DNA of 7,885 nt from a virus (Duplodnaviria; Heunggongvirae; Uroviricota; Caudoviricetes), in IMG/VR virus record IMGVR_UViG_2693429508_000009; one strand, written 5' to 3'. The translations under genes were made by a program, and so were the position numbers. Of the stretch, positions 1 to 6,106 are shown one piece after another. Numbering within the stretch: position 1 is the stretch's first letter; each line of letters begins with the position of its first letter. The notes beneath the pieces are model-generated. The model worked only from the letters and a program-made list of their open reading frames with translations, did no database searches and was not told where the DNA came from.

Positions 1-1
1 C

Positions 2-250
2 TGCTTAAAAAAAGAACAAATGGTAGTGTCCGCTATTGCCAGTACACCTCATCCATCACCGAAAAAAATTGGCTTTTACACCATTGGCGATAAAAGCATT
101 TACCTGTATGACCTACGCCGCATGGATGAAATCATGGAGGCTCTTGATAATCGTTCGTCGATGGATTGGTGTGTTGCTGTTCATGATATGAATGCAGGGT
201 TTGATGAAAAGATTTTGTTCCCCTCATCAGTTGAAAGCACTGCGGGTTAA
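2..250 (+). CDS. 3' end of a phage early-region protein of unknown function (frame open to the window edge; first in-window ATG at 20)
   Basis: Reading frame is open from position 2 to TAA at 248-250. The stop is followed 10 nt later by the next gene, whose SD (AAGGAG 249-254) overlaps it, i.e. operon-style packing. No family recognised. Confidence 0.4.
   Translation, partial: CLKKEQMVVSAIASTPHPSPKKIGFYTIGDKSIYLYDLRRMDEIMEALDNRSSMDWCVAVHDMNAGFDEKILFPSSVESTAG
21..51. repeat. left copy of a 31-bp perfect inverted repeat (partner 7855-7885)
   Basis: TGGTAGTGTCCGCTATTGCCAGTACACCTCA at 21-51 is the exact reverse complement of 7855-7885. The match stops at 52/7854 on the inside and is cut by the window edge on the outside. 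Confidence 0.9.
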
Positions 251-260
251 GGAGTAACAC

Positions 261-428
261 ATGACCACTATTACCAAAGAACGTATTGAATTGTTCATTA
301 AAAACCCGCTTGAAAACGGGCTTACCCGTGGTGAACAAATGGAACTGGCACGGATTGCGCTGGCATCGCTGGAAGCAGAGCCGGTTGTGTTCTGGTTTGA
401 AAAATATCAAGAAGGGGCTACGGCATGA
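261..428 (+). CDS. small hypothetical protein (55 aa), paralogous to the N-terminal part of the following ORF
   Basis: ATG 261 preceded by AAGGAG at good spacing; 55 codons to TGA 426-428, which overlaps ATG 425 of the next gene (ATGA). Missing from the ORF track only because it is under 60 aa. Shares the MTT.T.E start and an I-A-L-x-S-L-x-A-E-P motif with ORF 425-769. Confidence 0.5.
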   Translation: MTTITKERIELFIKNPLENGLTRGEQMELARIALASLEAEPVVFWFEKYQEGATA

Positions 429-769
429 CGACTTTTACCAGAGAGCAGTTAATAGCTCACGCAGAGGAGACTATTGAAGCACAGAGACTGTGCATACCGG
501 GCACAATCGACCATGACATCATCCGCACATATAAGATGGATATTGCTGTTCTGGAAATCGCACTGGTATCGCTGGCAGCAGAGCCAGCCGGTAAATTGCA
601 TGAATACAAACCAGTGGGATATCAGCGTCTGGTCGATGAGTTAACCATGCTGGTAAAGCAGTTAACCTGGCAACTGAGGAAAGCGAAGCCAGACTGCAAA
701 TTACCGGATAAGGCGATGAGTTATCTGGAGCGGAACGGACTGATAAGCGTGGAGGATATTTTACGATGA
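425..769 (+). CDS. hypothetical phage protein (114 aa)
   Basis: ORF-track ORF with ATG overlapping the upstream stop (ATGA at 425-428); its own stop TGA 767-769 overlaps ATG 766 of a downstream mini-ORF. Protein-like composition; family not recognised. Confidence 0.55.
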   Translation: MTTFTREQLIAHAEETIEAQRLCIPGTIDHDIIRTYKMDIAVLEIALVSLAAEPAGKLHEYKPVGYQRLVDELTMLVKQLTWQLRKAKPDCKLPDKAMSYLERNGLISVEDILR

Positions 770-849
770 CCTGGCCTGAAGCATTAACAACGGTAGGAAT
801 TGCGATGGCGGTGGCGCTGGTGGTGTATTCGATTTGCCGCTGGGGATAA
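766..849 (+). CDS. possible 27-aa hydrophobic peptide ([27 protein letters not shown]), translationally coupled to the upstream gene
   Basis: ATG 766-768 overlaps the TGA 767-769 of the upstream ORF; 27 codons to TAA 847-849. Central stretch is long enough for one transmembrane helix. Too short for independent statistical support. Confidence 0.3.
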   Translation: MTWPEALTTVGIAMAVALVVYSICRWG

Positions 850-1060
850 AAACGGTTTGCGGGAAAAGGAGAGTTAAGTAGAATTGCAGCGGGTGCTTGA
901 GGCTATCTGTCTCAGGCATGAACACCAAAAGGCAGATAGAGAAAAGCCCCAGTTAACATTACGCGTCCGGCAAGACGCTTAACATTAATCTGAGGCTCAA
1001 TCTATGAACGGCAAATCTAGGTTAGCCTCTTACGTGCCGAAAGGCAAGGAGAAGCAGGCT

Positions 1061-1216
1061 ATGAAGCAGCAAAAGGCGATGTTAATCGCCCTGATCGTCA
1101 TCTGTTTAACCGTCATAGTGACGGCACTGGTAACGAGGAAAGACCTCTGCGAGGTACGAATTCGAACCGGCCAGACGGAGGTCGCTGTCTTCACAGCTTA
1201 CGAACCTGAGGAGTAA
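1061..1216 (+). CDS. hokD: Hok/Gef-family type I toxin (51 aa small membrane toxin)
   Basis: Translation MKQQKAMLIALIVICLTVIVTALVTRKDLCEVRIRTGQTEVAVFTAYEPEE has the Hok/Gef hallmarks: N-terminal TM helix, TRK(D/S)LCE motif, conserved C-terminal region. It matches my recollection of E. coli HokD/RelF. SD GGAG at 1048-1051. An in-frame upstream ATG at 1004, also with a GAGG SD, would give the 70-aa ORF in the track. Family call is firm; exact paralogue is from memory. Confidence 0.85.
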   Translation: MKQQKAMLIALIVICLTVIVTALVTRKDLCEVRIRTGQTEVAVFTAYEPEE

Positions 1217-1284
1217 GAGACCAGGCGGGGGAGAAATCCCTCGCCACCTCTGATGGGTCAGGCATCCTCAATGCACCCACACTT

Positions 1285-1317
1285 AACCCGCTTCGGCGGG
1301 TTTTTGTTTTTATTTTC
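1285..1317 (+). terminator. rho-independent terminator downstream of hok
   Basis: GC stem CCCGC (1287-1291), loop TTCG, GCGGG (1296-1300), followed by a T-rich tract 1301-1317. Confidence 0.8.
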
Positions 1318-1436
1318 AACGCGTTTGAAGTTTTAGATGGTGCCGGAATAGAATCAAAAATACTTAAGTAGCGCGCAGGGAGAAGAGGGATGGACCCCGA
1401 ACAGGGGAGTGCTATTTATCTGGAAGGATTCTGTTG

Positions 1437-1697
1437 ATGAAAATCGAAGAATTACGTGAAATTTTTAGTGAAGATGGCCTCTATACTGTGCGCGTTGAGA
1501 ATGGCGCTATTGTCAGCCACTGCCGTATTAAATGTTTACAGTCTCAACAAAGGAAGAGTGGAGCTGCGTTAATTCATTTTGTGGATGGGCTTGTGACGGA
1601 TGGTTTTATTTCGCGTGCAAATGAATTTGTCACATCGTTGCCGTCTCTGAAAGAAGCTGGGATTAAGGCTGGTTTTTCTGCTTTTGAAGATGAGTGA
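1437..1697 (+). CDS. hypothetical phage protein (86 aa from ATG 1437; track ORF starts at TTG 1434)
   Basis: SD GGAAGGA (1422-1428) 8 nt upstream of ATG 1437; clean ORF to TGA 1695-1697. Its position between hok and the DUF968 gene mirrors the rem position in the K-12 Qin prophage, but I cannot confirm sequence identity to Rem from memory. Confidence 0.55.
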   Translation: MKIEELREIFSEDGLYTVRVENGAIVSHCRIKCLQSQQRKSGAALIHFVDGLVTDGFISRANEFVTSLPSLKEAGIKAGFSAFEDE

Positions 1698-1763
1698 ATT
1701 CATCTACAATTCAGCGCAGGGCTGAACCCCTGTTGAGTAACACTGTGCCACCGGAGAAAGCCG

Positions 1764-2042
1764 ATGGCGCAAAATTCCAGACTACACAATTCTGATAATT
1801 CAGCCGTCTTTGCCAGCAGGCACGGGCGGCGCTCTCACGCATTTAAATCTGATTGGTACCAGCATCCTCCATGCACTGAAGAACAGGCCGAATGGCTCAT
1901 TCAGTGTTACCGCAGGCGCGGATGCGAGGTTAAAAAAGCCCTTAGCCTCGACTACCGTCACTGGATAATCTCCGTCAGGCTCCCTTACTCCGAACGGCCA
2001 ACGCGTCCGTCCCGCACATTCCAGCAACGGATCTGGAGGTAA
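1764..2042 (+). CDS. hypothetical protein (92 aa)
   Basis: SD GGAG (1753-1756) 7 nt upstream of ATG 1764; its stop TAA 2040-2042 abuts the start of the next gene. Arg/Ser/His-rich composition makes it less certain; the overlapping minus-strand ORF 1800-2225 looks like antisense noise. Confidence 0.45.
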   Translation: MAQNSRLHNSDNSAVFASRHGRRSHAFKSDWYQHPPCTEEQAEWLIQCYRRRGCEVKKALSLDYRHWIISVRLPYSERPTRPSRTFQQRIWR

Positions 2043-2043
2043 T

Positions 2044-3102
2044 GTGCGGGTATTACTTCGACCTGTTCTGGTACCGGAACTCGGTCTGGTTATCGTTAAG
2101 CCAGGCCGTGAATCAATGTCAGCATTCCATAACGGCAGAATACTGGTGGAGCCGGAACCAAAAAGCATGCGTAATCTGCCGTCCGGGGTCGTTCCTGCCG
2201 CTCGCCAGCCGCTGGTGGAAGACAAAACATTGCTGCCGTTTTTCAGTAACGCACGGGTGATTCGTGCTGCTGGTGGTGCTGGTGCATTGTCTGACTGGCT
2301 GTTGCGCCATATTAAATCCTGCCAGTGGCCACACGGCGATTATCATCACAGCGAAACCGTCATTCACCGTTATGGTACCGGCGCAATGGTGTTGTGCTGG
2401 CACTGCGACAACCAGCTGCGTGACCAGACATCCGAATCACTCGAGCAACTTGCTCATCAAAACCTGTCAGCATGGATGATTGACGTCATCGGTCACGCAA
2501 TAAGCGGTACGCAGGAGCGTGAATTATCTCTGGCTGAATTATCCTGGTGGGCGGTCCGCAATCAGGTGGCGGACGCGCTACCGGAAGCGGTATTACGTCG
2601 TTCGCTGGGGTTGCGTGCGGAAAAAATTCGCTCTGTGTACAGTGAAAGCGACATCATACCGGGAGAGCAGACAGCCACCAGCATACTGAAGCAGCGCACA
2701 AAAAATATTGCGTTACTGCCTCACGTCCACCAGCAACAGAACCCACCACAGGAAAAGACGGTGGTCAGCATTGCCGTTGATCCGGAGTCACCGGCTCAGT
2801 ATCTCCAGCGCCAGAAATCACAACGGGAAGAGATGCCTGTATACACGCGCTGGGTAAAAACGCAGAAATGCATGACGTGTGGCAATCAGGCAGATGATCC
2901 GCATCACATCATTGGTCATGGACTGGGAGGGATGGGAACAAAGGCTGATGATTTGTTTGTTATTCCGTTATGCCGTAAATGCCGTAACGAACTACATGCC
3001 GGAGTAAAAGATTTTGAAGAGAAACACGGCAGTCAGCTGTTGTTGCTGATTCGTTTTTTAATGCACGCGAGAAATTCGGGTGTTCTGAAGTGGAAAGCAT
3101 AA
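2044..3102 (+). CDS. DUF968-like prophage protein (YdfU-like) with C-terminal HNH-like Cys/His motif
   Basis: 352-codon ORF from GTG 2044 (strong SD GGAGG 2034-2038), with a possible alternative ATG start at 2116. C-terminal region reads C-x2-C ... D-P-H-H ... C-x2-C ... H (CMTCGNQADDPHHIIGHG ... LCRKCRNELHAG), a beta-beta-alpha-Me/HNH-like pattern. Immediately followed by rusA (TAA 3100-3102, ATG 3103). Confidence 0.65.
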   Translation: MRVLLRPVLVPELGLVIVKPGRESMSAFHNGRILVEPEPKSMRNLPSGVVPAARQPLVEDKTLLPFFSNARVIRAAGGAGALSDWLLRHIKSCQWPHGDYHHSETVIHRYGTGAMVLCWHCDNQLRDQTSESLEQLAHQNLSAWMIDVIGHAISGTQERELSLAELSWWAVRNQVADALPEAVLRRSLGLRAEKIRSVYSESDIIPGEQTATSILKQRTKNIALLPHVHQQQNPPQEKTVVSIAVDPESPAQYLQRQKSQREEMPVYTRWVKTQKCMTCGNQADDPHHIIGHGLGGMGTKADDLFVIPLCRKCRNELHAGVKDFEEKHGSQLLLLIRFLMHARNSGVLKWKA

Positions 3103-3483
3103 ATGACCGAGCGCATAGAATTTGTTTTACCTTACCCGCCGACGGTGAACACTTACTGGCGTCGTCGTGGCAGCACATATTTTGTATCAAAAGCCGGGGA
3201 GCGTTATCGCCGGGCAGTGGCGCTTATTGTTCGCCAGCAGCGGCTGAAATTAAGCCTGTCCGGAAGGTTGGCAATAAAAATTATTGCAGAACCACCGGAT
3301 AAGCGCCGCCGTGACCTGGACAATATTCTGAAAGCGCCGCTGGATGCGCTGACGCATGCGGGGTTGCTAATGGACGATGAGCAGTTTGATGAAATCAATA
3401 TCGTTCGTGCTCAGCCAGTATCTGGTGGACGTCTGGGGGTGAAGATTTATCCCATAATGCTTGAAGGGCAGGTCAAAAAATGA
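3103..3483 (+). CDS. rusA: Holliday junction resolvase RusA (copy 1, 126 aa)
   Basis: Translation shows RusA hallmarks: LPYPPTVNTYWRRR near the N-terminus, the acidic RRRDLDN motif, LMDDEQF and GGRLGV. Stop TGA 3481-3483 overlaps the ATG 3480 of a Q-like start. Confidence 0.9.
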   Translation: MTERIEFVLPYPPTVNTYWRRRGSTYFVSKAGERYRRAVALIVRQQRLKLSLSGRLAIKIIAEPPDKRRRDLDNILKAPLDALTHAGLLMDDEQFDEINIVRAQPVSGGRLGVKIYPIMLEGQVKK

Positions 3484-3623
3484 AACTGGAAGATTTACCG
3501 AAATACTACTCCCCAAAATCCCCCGGCCTGACTGATGCATCGGCCTCAACGTCGAAAGATGCGCTGAGTATCACTGATGTGATGGCCGCGCAGGGCATGA
3601 CACAGAATCGGGCTGAGATGGGG
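3480..3623 (+). pseudogene. 5' fragment (48 codons) of a Q-like antiterminator gene, truncated at the single N at 3624; probably a contig end, not a biological truncation
   Basis: MKLEDLPKYYSPKSPGLTDASASTSKDALSITDVMAAQGMTQNRAEMG matches the N-terminus of the complete Q ORF at 4433-5287 with only a few substitutions. The sequence after the N (3625 onward) is unrelated. Confidence 0.6.
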
Positions 3624-3632
3624 NATTAAGAC

Positions 3633-3652
3633 TATCACTTATTTAAGTGATA
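3633..3652. promoter_or_regulatory. 20-bp perfect dyad TATCACTTA-TT-TAAGTGATA, operator-like
   Basis: Arms 3633-3641 and 3644-3652 are exact reverse complements. The TATCAC half-site resembles lambdoid repressor operator half-sites. It sits in non-coding DNA about 170 bp upstream of ORF 3805-4062. Function is inferred only. Confidence 0.35.
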
Positions 3653-3804
3653 CTGGTTGTCTGGAGATTCAGGGGGCCAGTCTACGGACATTTTCTGCCT
3701 GTGGACCAGGAAAGTGCACGGGTGCTTTCCACTCCCATGAAGCCCGGCAATCCGCGCAGATACAGTAATAAACGAACTGACAGCAGTAAGATGGAGCGTT
3801 TCTT

Positions 3805-4062
3805 TTGAACAACCAGACAATGACTTTTACCCCTGAACAATTGCGTAAACACGCGCAGGAAATGCTGCGTCATGCTGAACAACTCGAAAAAACGGGCATA
3901 ACAAAAGACGCTATCCGTAAAGATATGGTACCCGCGCTTCGGGAACTGATGCAGGCGAAGCATCGCGCACAGAAAGCAGTAGATGAGCTGGTGGACTGTG
4001 TGGCAGAGCTGGAAACCAGAGTCGGAAAGTTTGAAAAACTGGTGCAGGAGGTGCTGCGCTGA
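3805..4062 (+). CDS. hypothetical phage protein (85 aa from TTG 3805; 80 aa if ATG 3820), likely helical
   Basis: GGAG at 3793-3796 is 8 nt upstream of TTG 3805. Stop TGA 4060-4062 overlaps ATG 4062 of rusA copy 2 (TGATG coupling). Charged, heptad-like composition. Confidence 0.5.
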   Translation: MNNQTMTFTPEQLRKHAQEMLRHAEQLEKTGITKDAIRKDMVPALRELMQAKHRAQKAVDELVDCVAELETRVGKFEKLVQEVLR

Positions 4063-4436
4063 TGCGCCATGAGTTTATTTTACCTTATCCGCCGACGGTG
4101 AATACTTACTGGCGACGTCGTGACAACACATATTTTGTATCAAAAGCCGGTGAGCGTTATCGCCGGGATGTGGCGCTTATTGTCCGTCAGCAGCGACTGA
4201 AATTAAGCCTGTCCGGAAGACTGGCGATAAAGATTATTGCAGAGCCACCGGATAAGCGCCGTCGTGACCTGGACAATATCCTGAAAGCACCACTGGATGC
4301 ACTGACACATGCGGGAGTGTTAATGGACGATGAGCAGTTTGATGAAATCAATATCGTTCGTGGTCAGCCAGTATCTGGTGGACGTCTGGGGGTGAAGATT
4401 TACCCCATAATGCATGAAGAGCAGGTCAAAAAATGA
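4062..4436 (+). CDS. rusA: Holliday junction resolvase RusA (copy 2, 124 aa)
   Basis: Same RusA motifs as copy 1. By eye roughly 90 percent identical at protein level, with differences clustered at the N-terminus plus scattered substitutions. ATGA overlap with Q at 4433-4436. Confidence 0.9.
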   Translation: MRHEFILPYPPTVNTYWRRRDNTYFVSKAGERYRRDVALIVRQQRLKLSLSGRLAIKIIAEPPDKRRRDLDNILKAPLDALTHAGVLMDDEQFDEINIVRGQPVSGGRLGVKIYPIMHEEQVKK

Positions 4437-5287
4437 AACTGGAAGATTTACCGAAATACTACTCCCCAAAATCCCCTTGCCTGACCGATGCATCGGCCTC
4501 AACGTCAAAAGATGCGCTGAGTATCACTGATGTGATGGCCGCGCAGGGCATGACACAGAATCGGGCTGAGATGGGGGTTTCTGCGTTCCTTGGGAAAATG
4601 GGCATTAGTATGAATGACAGAGAGCGGGCAACAGAATTGCTGACAGAATATGCACTCAGTCGGTGTGATCGCGTGGCGGCGTTAAGAAAACTCCCGGCAG
4701 AAATAAAACCGGCAGTGATGCGTATTATGGCTTCGTATGCGTTTGAAGATTATGCCCGTAGCGCGGCGAGCAAAAAACAGTGCCCCTGCTGTCACGGAAA
4801 AAAATTTATTGAAAGCGAGGTTTTTACAAACAAGATCCAGTATCCGGATGGTAAGCCGCCGGTATGGGCAAAGTGTACGAAAGGTGTGTATCCGTCTTAC
4901 TGGGAAGAATGGAAAAAAGTCAGGGAGGTGGTAAAAGTTGCCTGTCCGGAGTGTGGCGGAAAGGGTGAGGTTTCCACCGCCTGTAAGGATTGCCGTGGGC
5001 GTGGTGTCGCCATTCATCGTGAAGAGTCGGTAAAACGTGGTATGCCTGTTATCAGAGACTGCCAGCGTTGTGGTGGTCGTGGCTATGAAAGACTACCATC
5101 AACGGAGGCATTTAATGCTATATGCGAGGTGACAAACCAGATAACACGCGCGTCATGGGAAAAAACAGTTAAGAAATTTTATGATGCGCTGGTGACCCGG
5201 TTTGATATTGAAGAAGCATGGGCTGAGCGGCAGTTAAAAAAGGTAACTAGGTTGATTTTTCCGGAATCTGTGGTAAATTCGTCATAA
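4433..5287 (+). CDS. Q: late-gene antiterminator Q (lambdoid Q family) with a DnaJ-like cysteine-rich zinc-finger region
   Basis: Positioned directly after rusA and directly before a pR'-like promoter, a terminator and phage tRNAs. N-terminus MKLEDLPKYYSPKSP resembles E. coli prophage Q-like proteins as I recall them. Contains three perfect CxxCxGxG repeats (CPECGGKG, CKDCRGRG, CQRCGGRG) and one degenerate repeat (CPCCHGKK). Confidence 0.75.
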   Translation: MKLEDLPKYYSPKSPCLTDASASTSKDALSITDVMAAQGMTQNRAEMGVSAFLGKMGISMNDRERATELLTEYALSRCDRVAALRKLPAEIKPAVMRIMASYAFEDYARSAASKKQCPCCHGKKFIESEVFTNKIQYPDGKPPVWAKCTKGVYPSYWEEWKKVREVVKVACPECGGKGEVSTACKDCRGRGVAIHREESVKRGMPVIRDCQRCGGRGYERLPSTEAFNAICEVTNQITRASWEKTVKKFYDALVTRFDIEEAWAERQLKKVTRLIFPESVVNSS

Positions 5288-5291
5288 CGAT
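5252..5291 (+). promoter_or_regulatory. candidate late promoter pR' with sigma-dependent pause element (Q utilisation region)
   Basis: TTGATT (5252-5257), 16-nt spacer, TAAATT (5274-5279), then AACGATGGG at 5286-5294. This matches my recollection of the lambda pR' -10 hexamer (TAAATT) and the AACGAT promoter-proximal pause motif. Overlaps the Q stop codon at 5285-5287. Confidence 0.55.
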
Positions 5292-5325
5292 GGGCGTTTT
5301 ATGCCTGACGTTAGAAGAGTTTCTA

Positions 5326-5352
5326 CAACCCGCCGCCGAGCGGGTTTTTTAT
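5326..5352 (+). terminator. rho-independent terminator (tR'-like, the likely target of Q antitermination)
   Basis: Stem CCCGC (5329-5333), loop CGCCGA, GCGGG (5340-5344), extendable by A-T pairs, followed by TTTTTT at 5345-5350. Lies about 40-60 nt downstream of the candidate pR' start and upstream of the tRNAs. Confidence 0.7.
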
Positions 5353-5389
5353 TGCGGAATTAATTACGGACCGTTATTATTCTGCTCCC

Positions 5390-5465
5390 GGCCCTTTAGC
5401 TCAGTGGTGAGAGCGAGCGACTCATAATCGCCAGGTCGCTGGTTCAAATCCAGCAAGGGCCACCA
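5390..5465 (+). tRNA. ileZ: tRNA-Ile (anticodon CAU; presumably lysidine-modified, reads AUA)
   Basis: 76 nt. 7-bp acceptor stem GGCCCTT/AAGGGCC, D-arm AGCTCAGTGGTGAGAGC, anticodon loop CTCATAA, T-arm GGTTCAAATCC, discriminator A plus encoded CCA. Very close to E. coli tRNA-Ile2 (ileX) as recalled. The symbol follows the Stx-phage convention and is not verified. Confidence 0.9.
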
Positions 5466-5565
5466 TCACAAACCGCCATTAGCTTATCAGGAAGAGCAGA
5501 CGACACGATAACAGGGTTGTTGGTGCGGGGGCGGGTCCCCGATGGCGGTCCATTATCGGTATTCA

Positions 5566-5642
5566 GCGTTGTTAGCTCAGCCGGACAGAGCAATTGCCTT
5601 CTAAGCAATCGGTCACTGGTTCGAATCCAGTACAGCGCGCCA
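5566..5642 (+). tRNA. tRNA-Arg (anticodon UCU, reads rare AGA/AGG)
   Basis: 77 nt. Acceptor stem GCGTTGT/ACAGCGC with one G-U pair, anticodon loop CTTCTAA (UCU), T-arm ACTGG-TTCGAAT-CCAGT, discriminator G plus CCA. argN/argO-like, as in Stx phages. Confidence 0.9.
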
Positions 5643-5752
5643 TATTCATTCTTCCAGATTCCTTCCGGCAGAGCCTTATACTGAAATATACCTGGCTCAG
5701 GATATTGTTGAAAATATTTTATGTTTGTCAAAAATAAAAGTTCTGTTAAGTA

Positions 5753-6106
5753 TTGATTGAGTGTTTGTTATACGGTCTAATGGTTTTTTCAGCATTAAAT
5801 ATTTATCATTCATATGGTGTGGGTAGAGTGAATATTGATGAGGCGTCGGGGTGTTTCATCCTTAGGCAGCGTATTGATATAGTCAATGCAGCACGAGCAA
5901 AGGCCTTCAGCCGTTTGACAGTTTTGTTCTGTACTCCTGATCGTCTTTCGGGAAGAGACGTTATTATTCTGAATAGTGATGCTATACAGAGGGTTTGCGA
6001 TGAGTTCATGGTTGCTAATTCAGAATTATTTGCTCTTGTTCAGGAGTACAACAGAATAGCCAGGACCTGTGGTATGGATGAACTTCGGATTACTCATCTG
6101 GGGTAG
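5753..6106 (+). CDS. hypothetical ORF (117 aa from TTG; no convincing SD), possibly a gene remnant in the stx-equivalent cargo slot
   Basis: ORF-track ORF; its 5' part is AT-rich and lacks a ribosome-binding site, while the C-terminal two-thirds has protein-like composition. No family recognised and no resemblance to Stx A or B subunits. Confidence 0.3.
   Translation: MIECLLYGLMVFSALNIYHSYGVGRVNIDEASGCFILRQRIDIVNAARAKAFSRLTVLFCTPDRLSGRDVIILNSDAIQRVCDEFMVANSELFALVQEYNRIARTCGMDELRITHLG

Noticed and set aside
132-410. Minus-strand 92-aa ORF at the window start, and + strand ORF 286-477
   Set aside because: Both overlap the SD-supported coupled gene series (261-428, 425-769) in other frames and have no start signals of their own.
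1800-2403. Minus-strand ORFs 1800-2225 and 2119-2403
   Set aside because: Antisense to well-supported + strand genes (ORF 1764-2042 and the DUF968 gene); Ser/Thr/Gly/Arg/Pro-rich composition typical of antisense frames; no RBS.
2042-2479. ORFs 2042-2260 and 2264-2479 (+ strand, alternative frames)
   Set aside because: Both are out-of-frame overlaps inside the 352-codon DUF968 gene with Cys/Trp-rich odd composition; the long frame is the credible one.
3635-4070. Minus-strand ORFs 3635-3820, 3682-3963 and 3870-4070
   Set aside because: Overlap or lie antisense to the + strand ORF 3805-4062 and the operator-like region; no SD and poor composition.
4682-5017. Minus-strand 111-aa ORF and + strand 65-aa ORF (4737-4934) inside Q
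   Set aside because: Embedded in the Q coding region in other frames or orientation; Q is supported by context and motifs.
5466-5565. Possible third tRNA (argN-like) between the two tRNAs
   Set aside because: No acceptor-stem complementarity, no GTTC-type T-arm and no anticodon stem-loop could be drawn by eye; treated as spacer, possibly a degraded remnant.
5444-5731. Minus-strand 95-aa ORF from the ORF track
   Set aside because: It runs antisense across both tRNA genes and the spacer; tRNA structure explains the sequence and the translation is low-complexity.
5643-6106. Looked for Shiga-toxin (stxA/stxB) coding sequence downstream of the Q-tRNA module
   Set aside because: No reading frame resembles Stx A or B subunits (no signal-peptide-led A subunit, no SEAxR-type active-site context, no B-subunit-sized ORF); the only ORF is a 117-aa TTG-start frame of unknown type.
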